A DNA stretch of 46,755 nt from Elusimicrobiota bacterium (GCA_037137395.1 JBAXKK010000009.1:1-46755); one strand, 5' to 3'; positions 16,309 through 26,619 are shown, counted from the stretch's first letter. The notes: a model not told the origin generated them from the letters alone. Program-made: numbers and translations.

Positions 16309-17034
16309 ATGGATGACATTGAGAACAAAAGTTTTTTCAGAACTCATAAGGTCCTGTCCCTTTTGCCCCTGCTCGCCCTGGGGGCGGCTGTGTTCTGGTA
16401 TGTATCCAAGTATAAGACCGAGGAATACGCGGGCCGGGAGCCTGTCGAAGTGACCTTCGGCAAGCCCGCGCCCGCCGCGCAGCCCGCGGTCATTGCGGAG
16501 CAGGAGGAGGCCAGGGCTATTTCCGCGCTGGATATTCAGGGGCCTCCGGAGTTCAAGAGCCAGGTTACCGGGGCGCTGAAACTTATCTGGATGGCTGACC
16601 GCGAGACCTTCCTCTTTATCCGTAATCAGCTGTATATAATCCGCAACGAGGATAAAACGGATTTCTACATGGACGCCGGTCAGCCTGTGGCCGCCATCTC
16701 CAATAACCATGCTTTTCGAACTATGCCTTGGTGCGCCGGCATCATCGCGCACCAGTCTTTTCATTCCTATGCTAAGGCGCGTGGCGTGAAAAAAAATTCT
16801 TTTCGCCCGCCATCGCCGGGCACTGAGAAGGTTTTAAAGGTGGAGGCCAACCCGATGTCCGTTAAGTATACGAGCCTGGACGCTATGCTTGAAGGTGAGA
16901 GGCAGGCTTCCGAATTTCAGGTTAAAGTTCTGAGAGCTACCGGCGCTTCCCGCGCCGATGTCAAGAGAGCGGAGAAGCGAGCCCCGCGCGATTTCACAAC
17001 GGGGCACGACGGCTACTACTCCAATAACCCGTGA
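16309..17034 (+). CDS. Membrane-anchored hypothetical protein with HQxxH motif
   Basis: N-terminal TM helix, Pro/Ala linker, WCAGIIAHQSFH; stop overlaps the dusB start. Confidence 0.6.
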   Translation: MDDIENKSFFRTHKVLSLLPLLALGAAVFWYVSKYKTEEYAGREPVEVTFGKPAPAAQPAVIAEQEEARAISALDIQGPPEFKSQVTGALKLIWMADRETFLFIRNQLYIIRNEDKTDFYMDAGQPVAAISNNHAFRTMPWCAGIIAHQSFHSYAKARGVKKNSFRPPSPGTEKVLKVEANPMSVKYTSLDAMLEGERQASEFQVKVLRATGASRADVKRAEKRAPRDFTTGHDGYYSNNP

Positions 17035-18038
17035 AACATCTGATTAAAGCGCTGAAAATAGGTTCCTTGGAGCTGAAAAATAATCTGGCTCTAGCGCCTA
17101 TGGCCGGCATCACCAACGCCGCCTTTCGTTCGCTCTGTATAGAGGGCGGCGCGGGGCTGGTGGTCAGCGAGATGGTCTCGGCCGAGAGCATCCGATATGG
17201 AAATAAAAAATCTCTCAAGCTGCTTGAAATCTACCCCTCCGAGCATCCTATCGCCATGCAGATTTTCGGTGCCGATCCGGAAAGCATGGGGGCCGCCGCC
17301 CGACTTGCCGGGGAGCTGGGCGCGGACATTATTGATATAAACGCCGGTTGCCCCGTGAAAAAAGTGCTGCGATCCGGTTCCGGAGCGGCTCTTATGAAAG
17401 AGCCTTTGATACTGGAAGACATAGTGAAAAAAGTCGTAAAAGCTGTTAAGATCCCTGTCACCGTTAAAATCCGCTGCGGACTGACCCCTGGCGAAGTTAT
17501 AAGTCCGCGTCTGGCCCGCGTTATCGAGGGAGCCGGAGCTTCCGCCATCACGCTGCACGGCCGCGCCGCTTCCAGCTTTCACACCGGTCCGGTGGATTAT
17601 GACGCTATGGCGGCCACTGCCGCCGCCGTAAAAATTCCGGTTTTCGGCAACGGCGGCGCGCGCACCGCTTCGGACGCCGCCAAGATACTTGAAACTGGCT
17701 GCGCCGGAGTGGCTATCGGCCGCGCCGCAGTTGAGAACCCCGCTGTTTTTATTGAGATAGCGGAGGGGCTGAAGGGTTCCTCGCGTGAAGTAAAATCAGA
17801 CGCCACGGGGCGTATAAAATTGTTTATCCGATTTTTGGAGCTCAACACTTCCCTTTATGGGGGTGATGAAGGCGTTGTGCGCGCCCGCAAGCTTGTCGGC
17901 TACTGGCTTAAGGGTTTCCCTGACTCCTCCGCCCTGCGCGGAAACTTTATGAAGGCGTCCGGGCTTAATGAGGCCAAGGCTCTTTTGCTACAATATATAG
18001 GTCATAGCACAGAACGCTATGATAGTCATCAGCTATAA
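17031..18038 (+). CDS. dusB: tRNA-dihydrouridine synthase
   Basis: LAPMAGIT, DINAGCP, VTVKIR, TLHGR, GNGG, IGR. Confidence 0.88.
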   Translation: MKHLIKALKIGSLELKNNLALAPMAGITNAAFRSLCIEGGAGLVVSEMVSAESIRYGNKKSLKLLEIYPSEHPIAMQIFGADPESMGAAARLAGELGADIIDINAGCPVKKVLRSGSGAALMKEPLILEDIVKKVVKAVKIPVTVKIRCGLTPGEVISPRLARVIEGAGASAITLHGRAASSFHTGPVDYDAMAATAAAVKIPVFGNGGARTASDAAKILETGCAGVAIGRAAVENPAVFIEIAEGLKGSSREVKSDATGRIKLFIRFLELNTSLYGGDEGVVRARKLVGYWLKGFPDSSALRGNFMKASGLNEAKALLLQYIGHSTERYDSHQL

Positions 18039-18084
18039 GGGCGCTGCGCCCGCCATAAGCTTTTAGGAGTTCCTTGATCTTTCT

Positions 18085-18154
18085 GCCTATAGCTTATAGC
18101 CTATAGCGTACAGCTTATGGCATACGGCCTAGAGCATACGGCTTATGGCAAACG
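18085..18154. repeat. Ten tandem heptamers (GCNTAYR consensus)
   Basis: GCCTATA GCTTATA GCCTATA GCGTACA GCTTATG GCATACG GCCTAGA GCATACG GCTTATG GCAAACG. Confidence 0.8.
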
Positions 18155-18177
18155 AATATTTTGTGTCTTGATTTTAT

Positions 18178-20799
18178 ATGGAACCGACTTTATCTATCCC
18201 TGAAACCCCTTTGATGCAGCAGTATGCCGCGCTGAAGAGTTCCTACCCGCACGCGATCCTGTTTTTCCGGCTGGGCGACTTTTATGAGATGTTCGCCGAA
18301 GACGCCAGGATCGCCAGCGCCATACTTGGAGTGGTTCTTACATCCCGCGGCGGCGTCCCCATGTGCGGAATCCCGTATCATTCCTCATCCAATTATATCG
18401 CCAAGCTGCTGACCGCCGGCCGCAAGGTTGCCATCTGTGAGCAGACAGCTCCTACTGCCGAAGAGGCAAAAAAAAGCAAACTTTTTAAGCGTTCAGTGGT
18501 CCGGCTGATCACCCCCGGCACTATCGTGGAAGACGAACTTCTCGAGACCAAGACTGCCAATTATCTGGCGGCAGTGGGAATAGATATAGTGGGCTGGGGC
18601 CTGTCGTACCTTGAGGCCTCCACCGGAGAATTTTTTTCCACGCAGAACCTGAACGATCCGGATTTTTATCAACTTGCCGCCCTGCTTTCCAGGATCTCAC
18701 CGTCAGAGATAATAGGCGACGCCAAGACCCTCGCCGAGATGCGCAAGCGGGCGCTCGGCTCCGACGGCGCCGTGATGAGCGAATGGCCTTTATCGGCGGC
18801 TGCCGGCTCTTGCGGGCGCGACGCCCAGGCAAACGACGCAGAGCCTGACGCTTTCTGGCAGAAGGGAGCCGTCTGGCAGAATAATAAACTGGCGCTCAAA
18901 ACCGCGCTCAATATCTCTTCCTATGTCCGGGAAAACCAACCGGGCTTAAAAGAATCCTTTAGCCCCGTTTTTTTCGAGCCTTCAAACAGGATGCAGCTGG
19001 ATGAGTCGGCCATTAAGACCCTGGAACTGGTCAATTCAGAATACGGCGAGGAAGCTAAAACCCTCTGGGGGGTGCTGGACGCCACCAAAACCTCCATGGG
19101 TTCCAGGATGCTGAAGAAGTGGATCCTTGAACCGCTGACCGAGCTTCACGATATAAACATGCGCGCTCAGTTCACCTCCTTCCTTACGCAGAACCGGGAG
19201 GCCCGCGAGAGCCTTTCCGATATCCTTTCCCAGATACCGGATATAGAGCGCGTGCTGGGCCGCGTGATAAACGGGAGCGCCGCGCCGCGGGACGCCGCGG
19301 CTGTCCGCAAAGCCCTGGGGCAGATGGCGCGCCTGAAGCTGCTTTTAAGCTCCGCCCACTTTTTTGAATGCGTGCCCGAGCTTGCCGGCAGGGTGGAGAC
19401 AATTTCCCCCGCGCTTGGCAGTCTGCGCGAAATTTTGGACCGCGCCGTTACGGAGGCTCCGCCGGCCAGGCTTTCCGACGGAGGGGTTATTAAGGAAAAC
19501 TACAGCCCCGAACTGGATGAACTTCGCGGCCTGCGCAAGAACAGCCAGAAGGTGCTGACTGACATAGAGGCCGCGGAAAGGGAGAAAACACAAATCCCCT
19601 CGCTTAAGGTCGGCTATAATTCAGTTTTCGGCTATTATCTGGAAGTTACCAGAACGCATTTGCCGAAAGTCCCCCACTATTACACCCGCAAGCAGACCCT
19701 GGTCAACGCCGAGCGCTTCATCACCGAAGATCTGAAAGTCATGGAGTCCCGGATACTGGGCGCGGAAGAGCGGATGCTCAAGCTTGAGACCCACCTCTTC
19801 GGCGAGATCCGTGACCTCCTTCTTAGACATTTGAAAGAGCTGCGCGTTTTTGCTCTTGCCGCGGCGGAGCTGGACGTCTTTTACGCCCTCGCCGAGAGCG
19901 CCCTTAAATACGATTTTACGCGCCCCGTAATGTCAGCCGGGTCCGAGCTTGTTATTGAGGAAGGGCGTCATCCCGTGGCCGAGCGCTATCTGCCGGCTGG
20001 CTCCTTCGTGCCCAACGACCTGAATATCGGAGACAGGGATCCGCAGATAATCATACTGACAGGGCCCAACATGAGCGGCAAGAGCGTTTATCTGCGCCAG
20101 AGCGCGCTTATAGTAATCATGGCGCAGATGGGCGGTTTTGTACCGGCCCGGTCGGCCGCCATAGGCGTGACCGACCGCATCATGACCCGCATAGGAGCTC
20201 AGGACAGATTGTCGCGCGGCGAATCTACTTTTATGGTTGAGATGCGCGAAACAGCCTCGATCCTGAGTCTGGCCACGCCCAGGAGCCTCATACTGCTGGA
20301 CGAGGTCGGACGGGGAACCTCCACATTCGACGGCATTTCCATCGCCTGGGCGGTGGTGGAATATCTGTATAAAGTTTCCGGCGGCCCCAAAGTCCTGTTC
20401 GCCACTCATTATTTTGAATTGACCGAGCTTGCCGAGAAATTTTCCGGCATAAAAAACTTTAACGTTTCGGTTAAAGAATGGACCAACTCCGTCGGTAAAA
20501 CCGAAGTGGTGTTCCTGCATAAGATTTCCCCCGGGCCCGCCGACAAGTCTTATGGCATCCATGTGGCCCAGTTGGCCGGCCTGCCTGACGCGTCCATAAA
20601 GCGCGCCAAGGAGATACTCCGCATACTTGAGACCAAGGGTAATATTGAAGTTGAAGGTGGTGAGGAGGACATGGCGCCCATGCTGCCAATTTTCTCGGAA
20701 CATCCCGTCCTTGACGAGATAAAGATGTGTGAGCCGGACAATCTGAGTCCCCTCCAGGCCCTGAACACTATAATAGGATGGAAAAAACGGCTTAAATAG
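18178..20799 (+). CDS. mutS: DNA mismatch repair protein MutS
   Basis: TPLMQQY, FRLGDFYEMF, TGPNMSGKS, STFMVEM, DEVGRGTST, FATHY, SYGIHVA. Confidence 0.97.
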   Translation: MEPTLSIPETPLMQQYAALKSSYPHAILFFRLGDFYEMFAEDARIASAILGVVLTSRGGVPMCGIPYHSSSNYIAKLLTAGRKVAICEQTAPTAEEAKKSKLFKRSVVRLITPGTIVEDELLETKTANYLAAVGIDIVGWGLSYLEASTGEFFSTQNLNDPDFYQLAALLSRISPSEIIGDAKTLAEMRKRALGSDGAVMSEWPLSAAAGSCGRDAQANDAEPDAFWQKGAVWQNNKLALKTALNISSYVRENQPGLKESFSPVFFEPSNRMQLDESAIKTLELVNSEYGEEAKTLWGVLDATKTSMGSRMLKKWILEPLTELHDINMRAQFTSFLTQNREARESLSDILSQIPDIERVLGRVINGSAAPRDAAAVRKALGQMARLKLLLSSAHFFECVPELAGRVETISPALGSLREILDRAVTEAPPARLSDGGVIKENYSPELDELRGLRKNSQKVLTDIEAAEREKTQIPSLKVGYNSVFGYYLEVTRTHLPKVPHYYTRKQTLVNAERFITEDLKVMESRILGAEERMLKLETHLFGEIRDLLLRHLKELRVFALAAAELDVFYALAESALKYDFTRPVMSAGSELVIEEGRHPVAERYLPAGSFVPNDLNIGDRDPQIIILTGPNMSGKSVYLRQSALIVIMAQMGGFVPARSAAIGVTDRIMTRIGAQDRLSRGESTFMVEMRETASILSLATPRSLILLDEVGRGTSTFDGISIAWAVVEYLYKVSGGPKVLFATHYFELTELAEKFSGIKNFNVSVKEWTNSVGKTEVVFLHKISPGPADKSYGIHVAQLAGLPDASIKRAKEILRILETKGNIEVEGGEEDMAPMLPIFSEHPVLDEIKMCEPDNLSPLQALNTIIGWKKRLK

Positions 20800-20847
20800 G
20801 CCGTTGACGCGCGGATTGCGCGCGTATTTTAACAGGAGAATAAAAAT

Positions 20848-22263
20848 ATGATTAAGCGCGGATCTTTGGTTATTTTATCGGGGATATTCGCGGTCTCGGT
20901 TATGGCCGCGTTCGCCCAGGACAAAAACACGGCCGTAGTTGAGGCGGAGAAAACGGCGCAGCAGGAAACTGCCGCCGCCGAAGTTGCATCTTCCGCGAAA
21001 AAGCCGGACATCGCTTTGCCTCCCGCGGCGGAGCCCAAGCCAAAAGCGGGTACGCCCACCGCGGCGCCGGCTAAAACCGCCGTTGCGGCGGATCTGGCGC
21101 GGACCGAATGGGAGTTCCTTAAAATTAAAGGCGCGGATAAGGACGAGGACGTCCTGACGCTGATATTGCCGCAGCTCTCCGACTGGCTGTTCCGCAACCC
21201 TGAAAACGAGTACGCCGGCGAGGCGCTGCTGCTTAAGGCGAATCTGCAGCTGAAGCTGGGCGATTATAAATCCGCTGTAATAGACCTGATGCGGCACATG
21301 CGCGAGTATCCGCAGGCGTCATCAGTCGCGGCGGCCGGCAAACTTTTTATCGAGACGCTGGATAAAAAAATAGACAAAAAGGCTAAGCCCCGGCTGGTTG
21401 AAATTTCAAAAGGACAGGTGGCGGAAAAAACGGACGCGATAGCCGGGCTACTGGAAAAGACCGCGGAACACGCGGGAGATATTTTCTACGAATCCTTGAC
21501 CGCGGAATTCAGGGATTTTTTTAACAGGTTTCCTTACTATGGTAAAAAAGACGAAATGCTCCTGGCTCTGGCGGACCTTCATTTTAAAAATGAGGAGTAT
21601 CTCCCCTCCAGGCTGGCCTACGAGAAAATGATACAGATGAGCGCCGGCAGCCGGCTGCTGCCCAGGGCCAAGAATTCTCTGGGCGGGGTGTTGGCGGACC
21701 ATTTGAAGGAATACGACGCGGCTATTGTCGTTTACCGCGATATCGCCGCTTCCTGCCCCGGCACGGAAGAGGCCTGGACCGCCTACGGCAGGCTGCCGAA
21801 GCTGGCCGAGAAGCAGGAACAATATTCTCTGGCTGTCGAGATCTACGAGACGATTATCGCGCTTTACCCTGATAAGCCGGAGTCTTACGCCGCGTTTCAG
21901 TCCGAGGCCAGGGTGCTCCGTGAGGAGCTGTCTAAGCCCGCCGAAGCCGTGGTTGTACTGAACAGGCTCGCCGATAAATATAAAGATGAAAAAGCGATAG
22001 AGGCTGTCTTTCTTGCCGCTGAGATAGCGCGTAAGGATATGAAGGATTACGATCTTGAGGTCAAGAATTACGACAGGATAGTTTCCGAGTACCCCTCGGA
22101 CCCGCAGGCGCCCAAGGCGATGTTTGCCGCAGCTGAGGCTTACGAAAAGGGAAAAAACCTGGAGAAAGCGCGCGAGTATTTCTCGCAAGTTATAGTAAAG
22201 TACGCCGAGAACCCGCTGGCGCAAAAAGCTCAAAAGCGGCTTAACTCTATGGCGACGCAGTAA
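20848..22263 (+). CDS. Secreted tetratricopeptide-repeat protein (CpoB/BamD-like repeats)
   Basis: Signal peptide, Ala/Pro-rich linker, recurring Y..II..YP TPR units. Confidence 0.75.
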   Translation: MIKRGSLVILSGIFAVSVMAAFAQDKNTAVVEAEKTAQQETAAAEVASSAKKPDIALPPAAEPKPKAGTPTAAPAKTAVAADLARTEWEFLKIKGADKDEDVLTLILPQLSDWLFRNPENEYAGEALLLKANLQLKLGDYKSAVIDLMRHMREYPQASSVAAAGKLFIETLDKKIDKKAKPRLVEISKGQVAEKTDAIAGLLEKTAEHAGDIFYESLTAEFRDFFNRFPYYGKKDEMLLALADLHFKNEEYLPSRLAYEKMIQMSAGSRLLPRAKNSLGGVLADHLKEYDAAIVVYRDIAASCPGTEEAWTAYGRLPKLAEKQEQYSLAVEIYETIIALYPDKPESYAAFQSEARVLREELSKPAEAVVVLNRLADKYKDEKAIEAVFLAAEIARKDMKDYDLEVKNYDRIVSEYPSDPQAPKAMFAAAEAYEKGKNLEKAREYFSQVIVKYAENPLAQKAQKRLNSMATQ

Positions 22264-22343
22264 GCGTATTGCGGGATAGATGTAAAACACAGCCCGGAGT
22301 CATAAAAGGCCTGTAAAACGGCCCCGTTTCCATTTTCCCTGTT

Positions 22344-24104
22344 ATGTCCGAAATACAATTACTCCCGGAAGAAGTAATCGCTAAAATCGCCGCCGGCGAG
22401 GTTATCGAGCGCCCCGCCTCCGTTTTGAAAGAGCTCCTTGAGAACGCCATGGACGCCGGCGCTACGCGCATAGCCGTGGATATAAAAAAAGCCGGCAAGC
22501 GGCTTATACGCGTGCACGACGACGGTAAGGGCATGGACCTGGAAGACCTCAGGCTATCGGTCGGCCGCCACGCCACCAGCAAGATCAGGACTTTTGAGGA
22601 TCTTGACTCTATCGCCACCTTCGGGTTTCGCGGCGAGGCGCTGTATTCCATTTTCGCGGTTTCAAAACTGGCCATCACCAGCTTTAGATCCGGCGCAGAA
22701 ACCGGGCACGCCGTCGCCGGTGAGGGCGGGCGCATACTTTCCGAAACCAAAACTCCACCCGTGAAGGGAACCACGGTGGAGATCAGCGACCTTTTCTTTA
22801 ACACCCCGGCCCGAGCCAAGTTCATGAAGAGCGAGTCCTCTGAGCGCGCCCATCTTATACGCGCTGTAGAGGAGGCGGCCCTGGCCAACCTTAATATCGG
22901 TTTCGCGCTGACGATAGACGAGACCGAGATGTTTTCAATGCCTCCCGGCGGCGAGGATTTCTGGGCCGTCCTTAAAGAGCGCGCGGGTATCATATTCGGT
23001 AAAAATATTCATCAGGGGCTTATAAAAATAGAGGGTAGGAATCCAGGCGTCTCAATATACGGCCTGGTTTCAAAGCCCGACTCTCTTTCGGCCACGCGCA
23101 TCAATCAGCATTTTTTTGTCAATAAGCGCCCCGTGACTTCGCGCGTCATCCAGCAGGCGCTTTACCGCGGCTACGACTCCATGCGCGGAGATAAGCACCC
23201 CGCCTGCGTTATTTTTCTGGACCTGAATCCGGCTGATTTCGACGTTAACATCCATCCGCAGAAGAAAGATGTCCGGTTCGCCGCCGAGGGCGAAGTATTC
23301 CGGAAGGTTTCCAGCACCGTTTATAATGAGATTCTTAAAAGGCAGACGGCCTCAGTTGCCCTTACCGAGCCCGCCTTGGGTGGAGCGTCAGGGGCTTGCG
23401 AGCCGGGGATGGGGCAGAGCGGCGAAATTCAAAGCGGGGGCTCTGACCTTTTCAGCCAGGAAACCCTCCAGCTTGAGCCTGCCTCGCAGGAGAACGGTGA
23501 GGCGCCAAACTGGTATTTGCCGCCAATCTTATACCTTGGGCAGATAGCCAAGAGCTACCTTTTATTTGAGTCGGGCGGAGGGCTGCTGGTGATGGACCAG
23601 CACGCGGCGCAGGAGCGGATACTGTTTGAGAAGTACCTTGAAGAATTTTCGAAGGGCGCCATAAAAGTGCAGCCGCTGATGCTGCCGGTGTCGGTGGAGC
23701 TGTCCCGATCACAGATAGAAGCTGTTTTAAAATGGAAAGAATGGCTGGATAAGGCGGGCTTTGAGATAGAGCGGTTTGGCGCCGCGACTTTGCGCCTGCA
23801 TTCCACGCCGGCCCTGTTCTATTTTACGCCCGAAGCCCTCGTTGAGTTTTTGGGCTACATGGCGGAAGTGCTAGGCGAGCCCGAGAAGGCTTCGGAAGAT
23901 CTGAAGCGCAATACGGTTGCGACGATGGCGTGCAAAAAGTCGGTGAAGGCGCACGATTATATTAAGCCGCCGGAAGCTATGCGCCTGATAGAGGACCTTA
24001 AGGGCGCCAGGGACAGCTTTCACTGCCCCCACGGCCGCCCGACGCTTTTTTATATCTCCCCCTCCGAAATAGCCCGCAAGTTTCAGCGCACTAATATTAT
24101 ATAG
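22344..24104 (+). CDS. mutL: DNA mismatch repair endonuclease MutL
   Basis: IAAGEVIERP, ENAMDAGA, GFRGEAL, DQHAAQERILFE, ACK, CPHGRP. Confidence 0.96.
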   Translation: MSEIQLLPEEVIAKIAAGEVIERPASVLKELLENAMDAGATRIAVDIKKAGKRLIRVHDDGKGMDLEDLRLSVGRHATSKIRTFEDLDSIATFGFRGEALYSIFAVSKLAITSFRSGAETGHAVAGEGGRILSETKTPPVKGTTVEISDLFFNTPARAKFMKSESSERAHLIRAVEEAALANLNIGFALTIDETEMFSMPPGGEDFWAVLKERAGIIFGKNIHQGLIKIEGRNPGVSIYGLVSKPDSLSATRINQHFFVNKRPVTSRVIQQALYRGYDSMRGDKHPACVIFLDLNPADFDVNIHPQKKDVRFAAEGEVFRKVSSTVYNEILKRQTASVALTEPALGGASGACEPGMGQSGEIQSGGSDLFSQETLQLEPASQENGEAPNWYLPPILYLGQIAKSYLLFESGGGLLVMDQHAAQERILFEKYLEEFSKGAIKVQPLMLPVSVELSRSQIEAVLKWKEWLDKAGFEIERFGAATLRLHSTPALFYFTPEALVEFLGYMAEVLGEPEKASEDLKRNTVATMACKKSVKAHDYIKPPEAMRLIEDLKGARDSFHCPHGRPTLFYISPSEIARKFQRTNII

Positions 24105-24194
24105 GGAACGGCGGATAAGTATTTGGGTTATCCTGCCCATAGTAACGGTTGGGTCTTATTTTATTATTCATTTGGCAGAATCTTACAGGTAAAC

Positions 24195-25661
24195 ATGGCC
24201 GATATTATCCTTACAACTTTAAACGCTGGCTATGGGCATTGCTCGTTCGGGCTGCGGTATTTGATGGCGAACCTGGGCGAGCTTAAGTCCAGGACTGAAA
24301 TATTGGAGTTCACGCTCGACCTGCGGGCGCCTGAGATGGTTGAGGCTATCTTGTTACGGAAGCCTAAGATTGTGGGCATAGGCGTGTATGTGTGGAACGC
24401 GCGGGAATGCGGCATCCTGGCGGCGGAACTTAAGCGGCTGCGCCCGGAATTGATAATCGTCCTCGGAGGGCCCGAAATCAGTCATGAGACCGAGGAACAG
24501 GAAATATACAGTTGCGCCGATTTTGTGATTGCCGGCGAGGGGGATCTGGCCTTCGCTAGGCTTTGCGGAGAGATACTCTCTGGGCGTCCGCCCGCCGAAA
24601 AAATTATAGCGGCCACGCCGCCCGATTTGGAGAGGCTTGCGCTGCCTTATGAGTTGTACACGGATGAAGACATCGCTAATCGCGTAATTTACGCGGAGGC
24701 TTCCAGGGGTTGCCCGTTCGCCTGTGATTTTTGCCTGTCTTCCCTTAGCGCGGCCGTGCGAGCTTTTCCTCTGGAGCGCTTGTTCAACGCGTGGCGCGCT
24801 CTGCTGGGCCGCGGCGCGCTTAAATTTAAGTTTACGGACCGCACATTTAATCTGGATATCCGCGCCGTAAGCGCGATACTTGATTTTTTTCTTGAGAATG
24901 CGCGGCCCGGGCTTTTCCTGCATTTTGAAATGGTCCCGGACCGCTTCCCCGACGACCTTTACGCGCTGATAAATAAATTCCCCGCGGGGTCGCTGCAATT
25001 TGAGGTCGGCATACAGACTTTTAACGAGGCCGTGGCGGCGCGCATCAATCGCCGCCAGGATAATGCCGCCGCTGAAAAGAACATCCGCCGCCTGCGCCAT
25101 GACACTGCCGCGTACCTGCACGCGGATCTGATCATCGGCCTGCCTGGGGAAGACCTGGCCGGGTTCGCGGCCGGGTTCGATAGACTTTTGGCCCTGGACC
25201 CTCATGAGATACAGGTCGGAATCCTTAAGCGCCTGCGCGGCGCGCCGATAGCCAGGCACGACGCGCAATGGGGCATGGTTTACAGCCCTTGCCAACCTTA
25301 TGAGCTTCGCGAGAACAAACTTTTGGATTTTTTTACGATGCAGCGGCTGCGGCGGTTCGCCCGGTACTGGGATTTGATATCGAATAGCGGCGTTTTCGCT
25401 GAAACCGCGAAATTGATATGCGCCAGCCCCGGCGCCTTTAATAATTTTATGGATTTAAGCGACTGGCTTTACGCTCAGACGCGGCAAACCCACGCCATCT
25501 CGCGCTCGCGTCTGCGGGAACTGCTGAGGACCTATCTGACCGAAGTCTTAAAGCGGCCGGCGTCCCCGGTCAACGCTGCCGCCGAGCGAGACGCCCTAAG
25601 GTCTCACCTCAGTTCCGGCACCCCCGGCCGCCAAAGGCAGACCATGCGCGACTCACACTAA
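24195..25661 (+). CDS. B12-binding-domain radical SAM protein
   Basis: GIGVYVWN, LGGPE, EASRGCPFACDFC (CxxxCxxC), DRTFN, HADLIIGLPGE. Confidence 0.85.
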   Translation: MADIILTTLNAGYGHCSFGLRYLMANLGELKSRTEILEFTLDLRAPEMVEAILLRKPKIVGIGVYVWNARECGILAAELKRLRPELIIVLGGPEISHETEEQEIYSCADFVIAGEGDLAFARLCGEILSGRPPAEKIIAATPPDLERLALPYELYTDEDIANRVIYAEASRGCPFACDFCLSSLSAAVRAFPLERLFNAWRALLGRGALKFKFTDRTFNLDIRAVSAILDFFLENARPGLFLHFEMVPDRFPDDLYALINKFPAGSLQFEVGIQTFNEAVAARINRRQDNAAAEKNIRRLRHDTAAYLHADLIIGLPGEDLAGFAAGFDRLLALDPHEIQVGILKRLRGAPIARHDAQWGMVYSPCQPYELRENKLLDFFTMQRLRRFARYWDLISNSGVFAETAKLICASPGAFNNFMDLSDWLYAQTRQTHAISRSRLRELLRTYLTEVLKRPASPVNAAAERDALRSHLSSGTPGRQRQTMRDSH

Positions 25662-25716
25662 TTAAAGTGACACACAACTTAATTGCCTGCAATTAAGTTG
25701 TGTGTCACTTTAATTA
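25659..25716. repeat. Perfect 58-bp palindrome (28-bp arms, CT centre) between convergent genes
   Basis: TAATTAAAGTGACACACAACTTAATTGC-CT-GCAATTAAGTTGTGTGTCACTTTAATTA. Confidence 0.92.
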
Positions 25717-25734
25717 AACAACTGAATTAGAATC

Positions 25735-26580
25735 CTAGCCCATCTGGCTGTAAATGTTTGCCAGCGATGCGGTATCCGTCATGATCCGGTTGTACATTCT
25801 TACCAGCATAATCGCCGGCTTCATCTCGTATTTTTGTGCGAGCGCGCAGGCGCTGCTGTTCGGTAAAGGAATATTGATGTAGACTGGCACGCCGGGCTCT
25901 ACGCGGCCGACCAGCGCCAGAAGCAGGTTTTCGGCGATCTCCCGGCTCTCGGCGTACAGCGGCTCGACGCGGTAGCCGTGATACGCTTTGCGGATGACGC
26001 CGTAACCGGCGAGCGCGCCGTTTGCAATGATCCCCAGCGCCGCGCCCGCAGGCTTTTGTTTTATCCATTCTCCCATCAGCCTGGAGCGGTCAGCGGGAAA
26101 AAATTTGCGGTCGTAAGCGTTAAATTTATCAAACGGATACGCGGTGAGGTCGACCGTTTCAATATCTTTCCCCGCGGGGCGCGCGAGCATTTCATACCGC
26201 ACGATTTTATAAGCGGGCTTGAACCCGAAGAAGCCGTAGTTTTTCACCTTATATTCCACTGCGTCAAAGCCGACAGTTCTTTTGCCGGCGTGCAGCGCCG
26301 CCCGTTTTTGAAGCTCTACGCCTATTCTTCCTCCGCGGTATTCTGGATTCACGATGAAGACTCCGCCCATGCACAGATCGGCGCTGAAATTTATTCCAAA
26401 AATACAGCCGACCGGCTTGCCGTCAGCTTCGGCGATAAAATACCCGCTGGTATCTTCAGCGAGAAAACACTCGGCGTCACGAAGGCCGGGATTCCAGCCC
26501 TCGCGCGCCGCCCAAGCCACGACAAGCTCCATCTCGGCTGGCGCTATATTGCGAATTATCAGATTATTCGGTTTTTTCAT
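25735..26580 (-). CDS. Tandem-GNAT N-acetyltransferase (YitH-like)
   Basis: WAAREGWNPG, FIVNPEYRGGRIG, GYGVIRK...PLYAE. Confidence 0.8.
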   Translation of the reverse strand: MKKPNNLIIRNIAPAEMELVVAWAAREGWNPGLRDAECFLAEDTSGYFIAEADGKPVGCIFGINFSADLCMGGVFIVNPEYRGGRIGVELQKRAALHAGKRTVGFDAVEYKVKNYGFFGFKPAYKIVRYEMLARPAGKDIETVDLTAYPFDKFNAYDRKFFPADRSRLMGEWIKQKPAGAALGIIANGALAGYGVIRKAYHGYRVEPLYAESREIAENLLLALVGRVEPGVPVYINIPLPNSSACALAQKYEMKPAIMLVRMYNRIMTDTASLANIYSQMG

Positions 26581-26619
26581 AAGATTTCGTCAGCTATAAA
26601 CATTGATCTGGGCTTTAGG

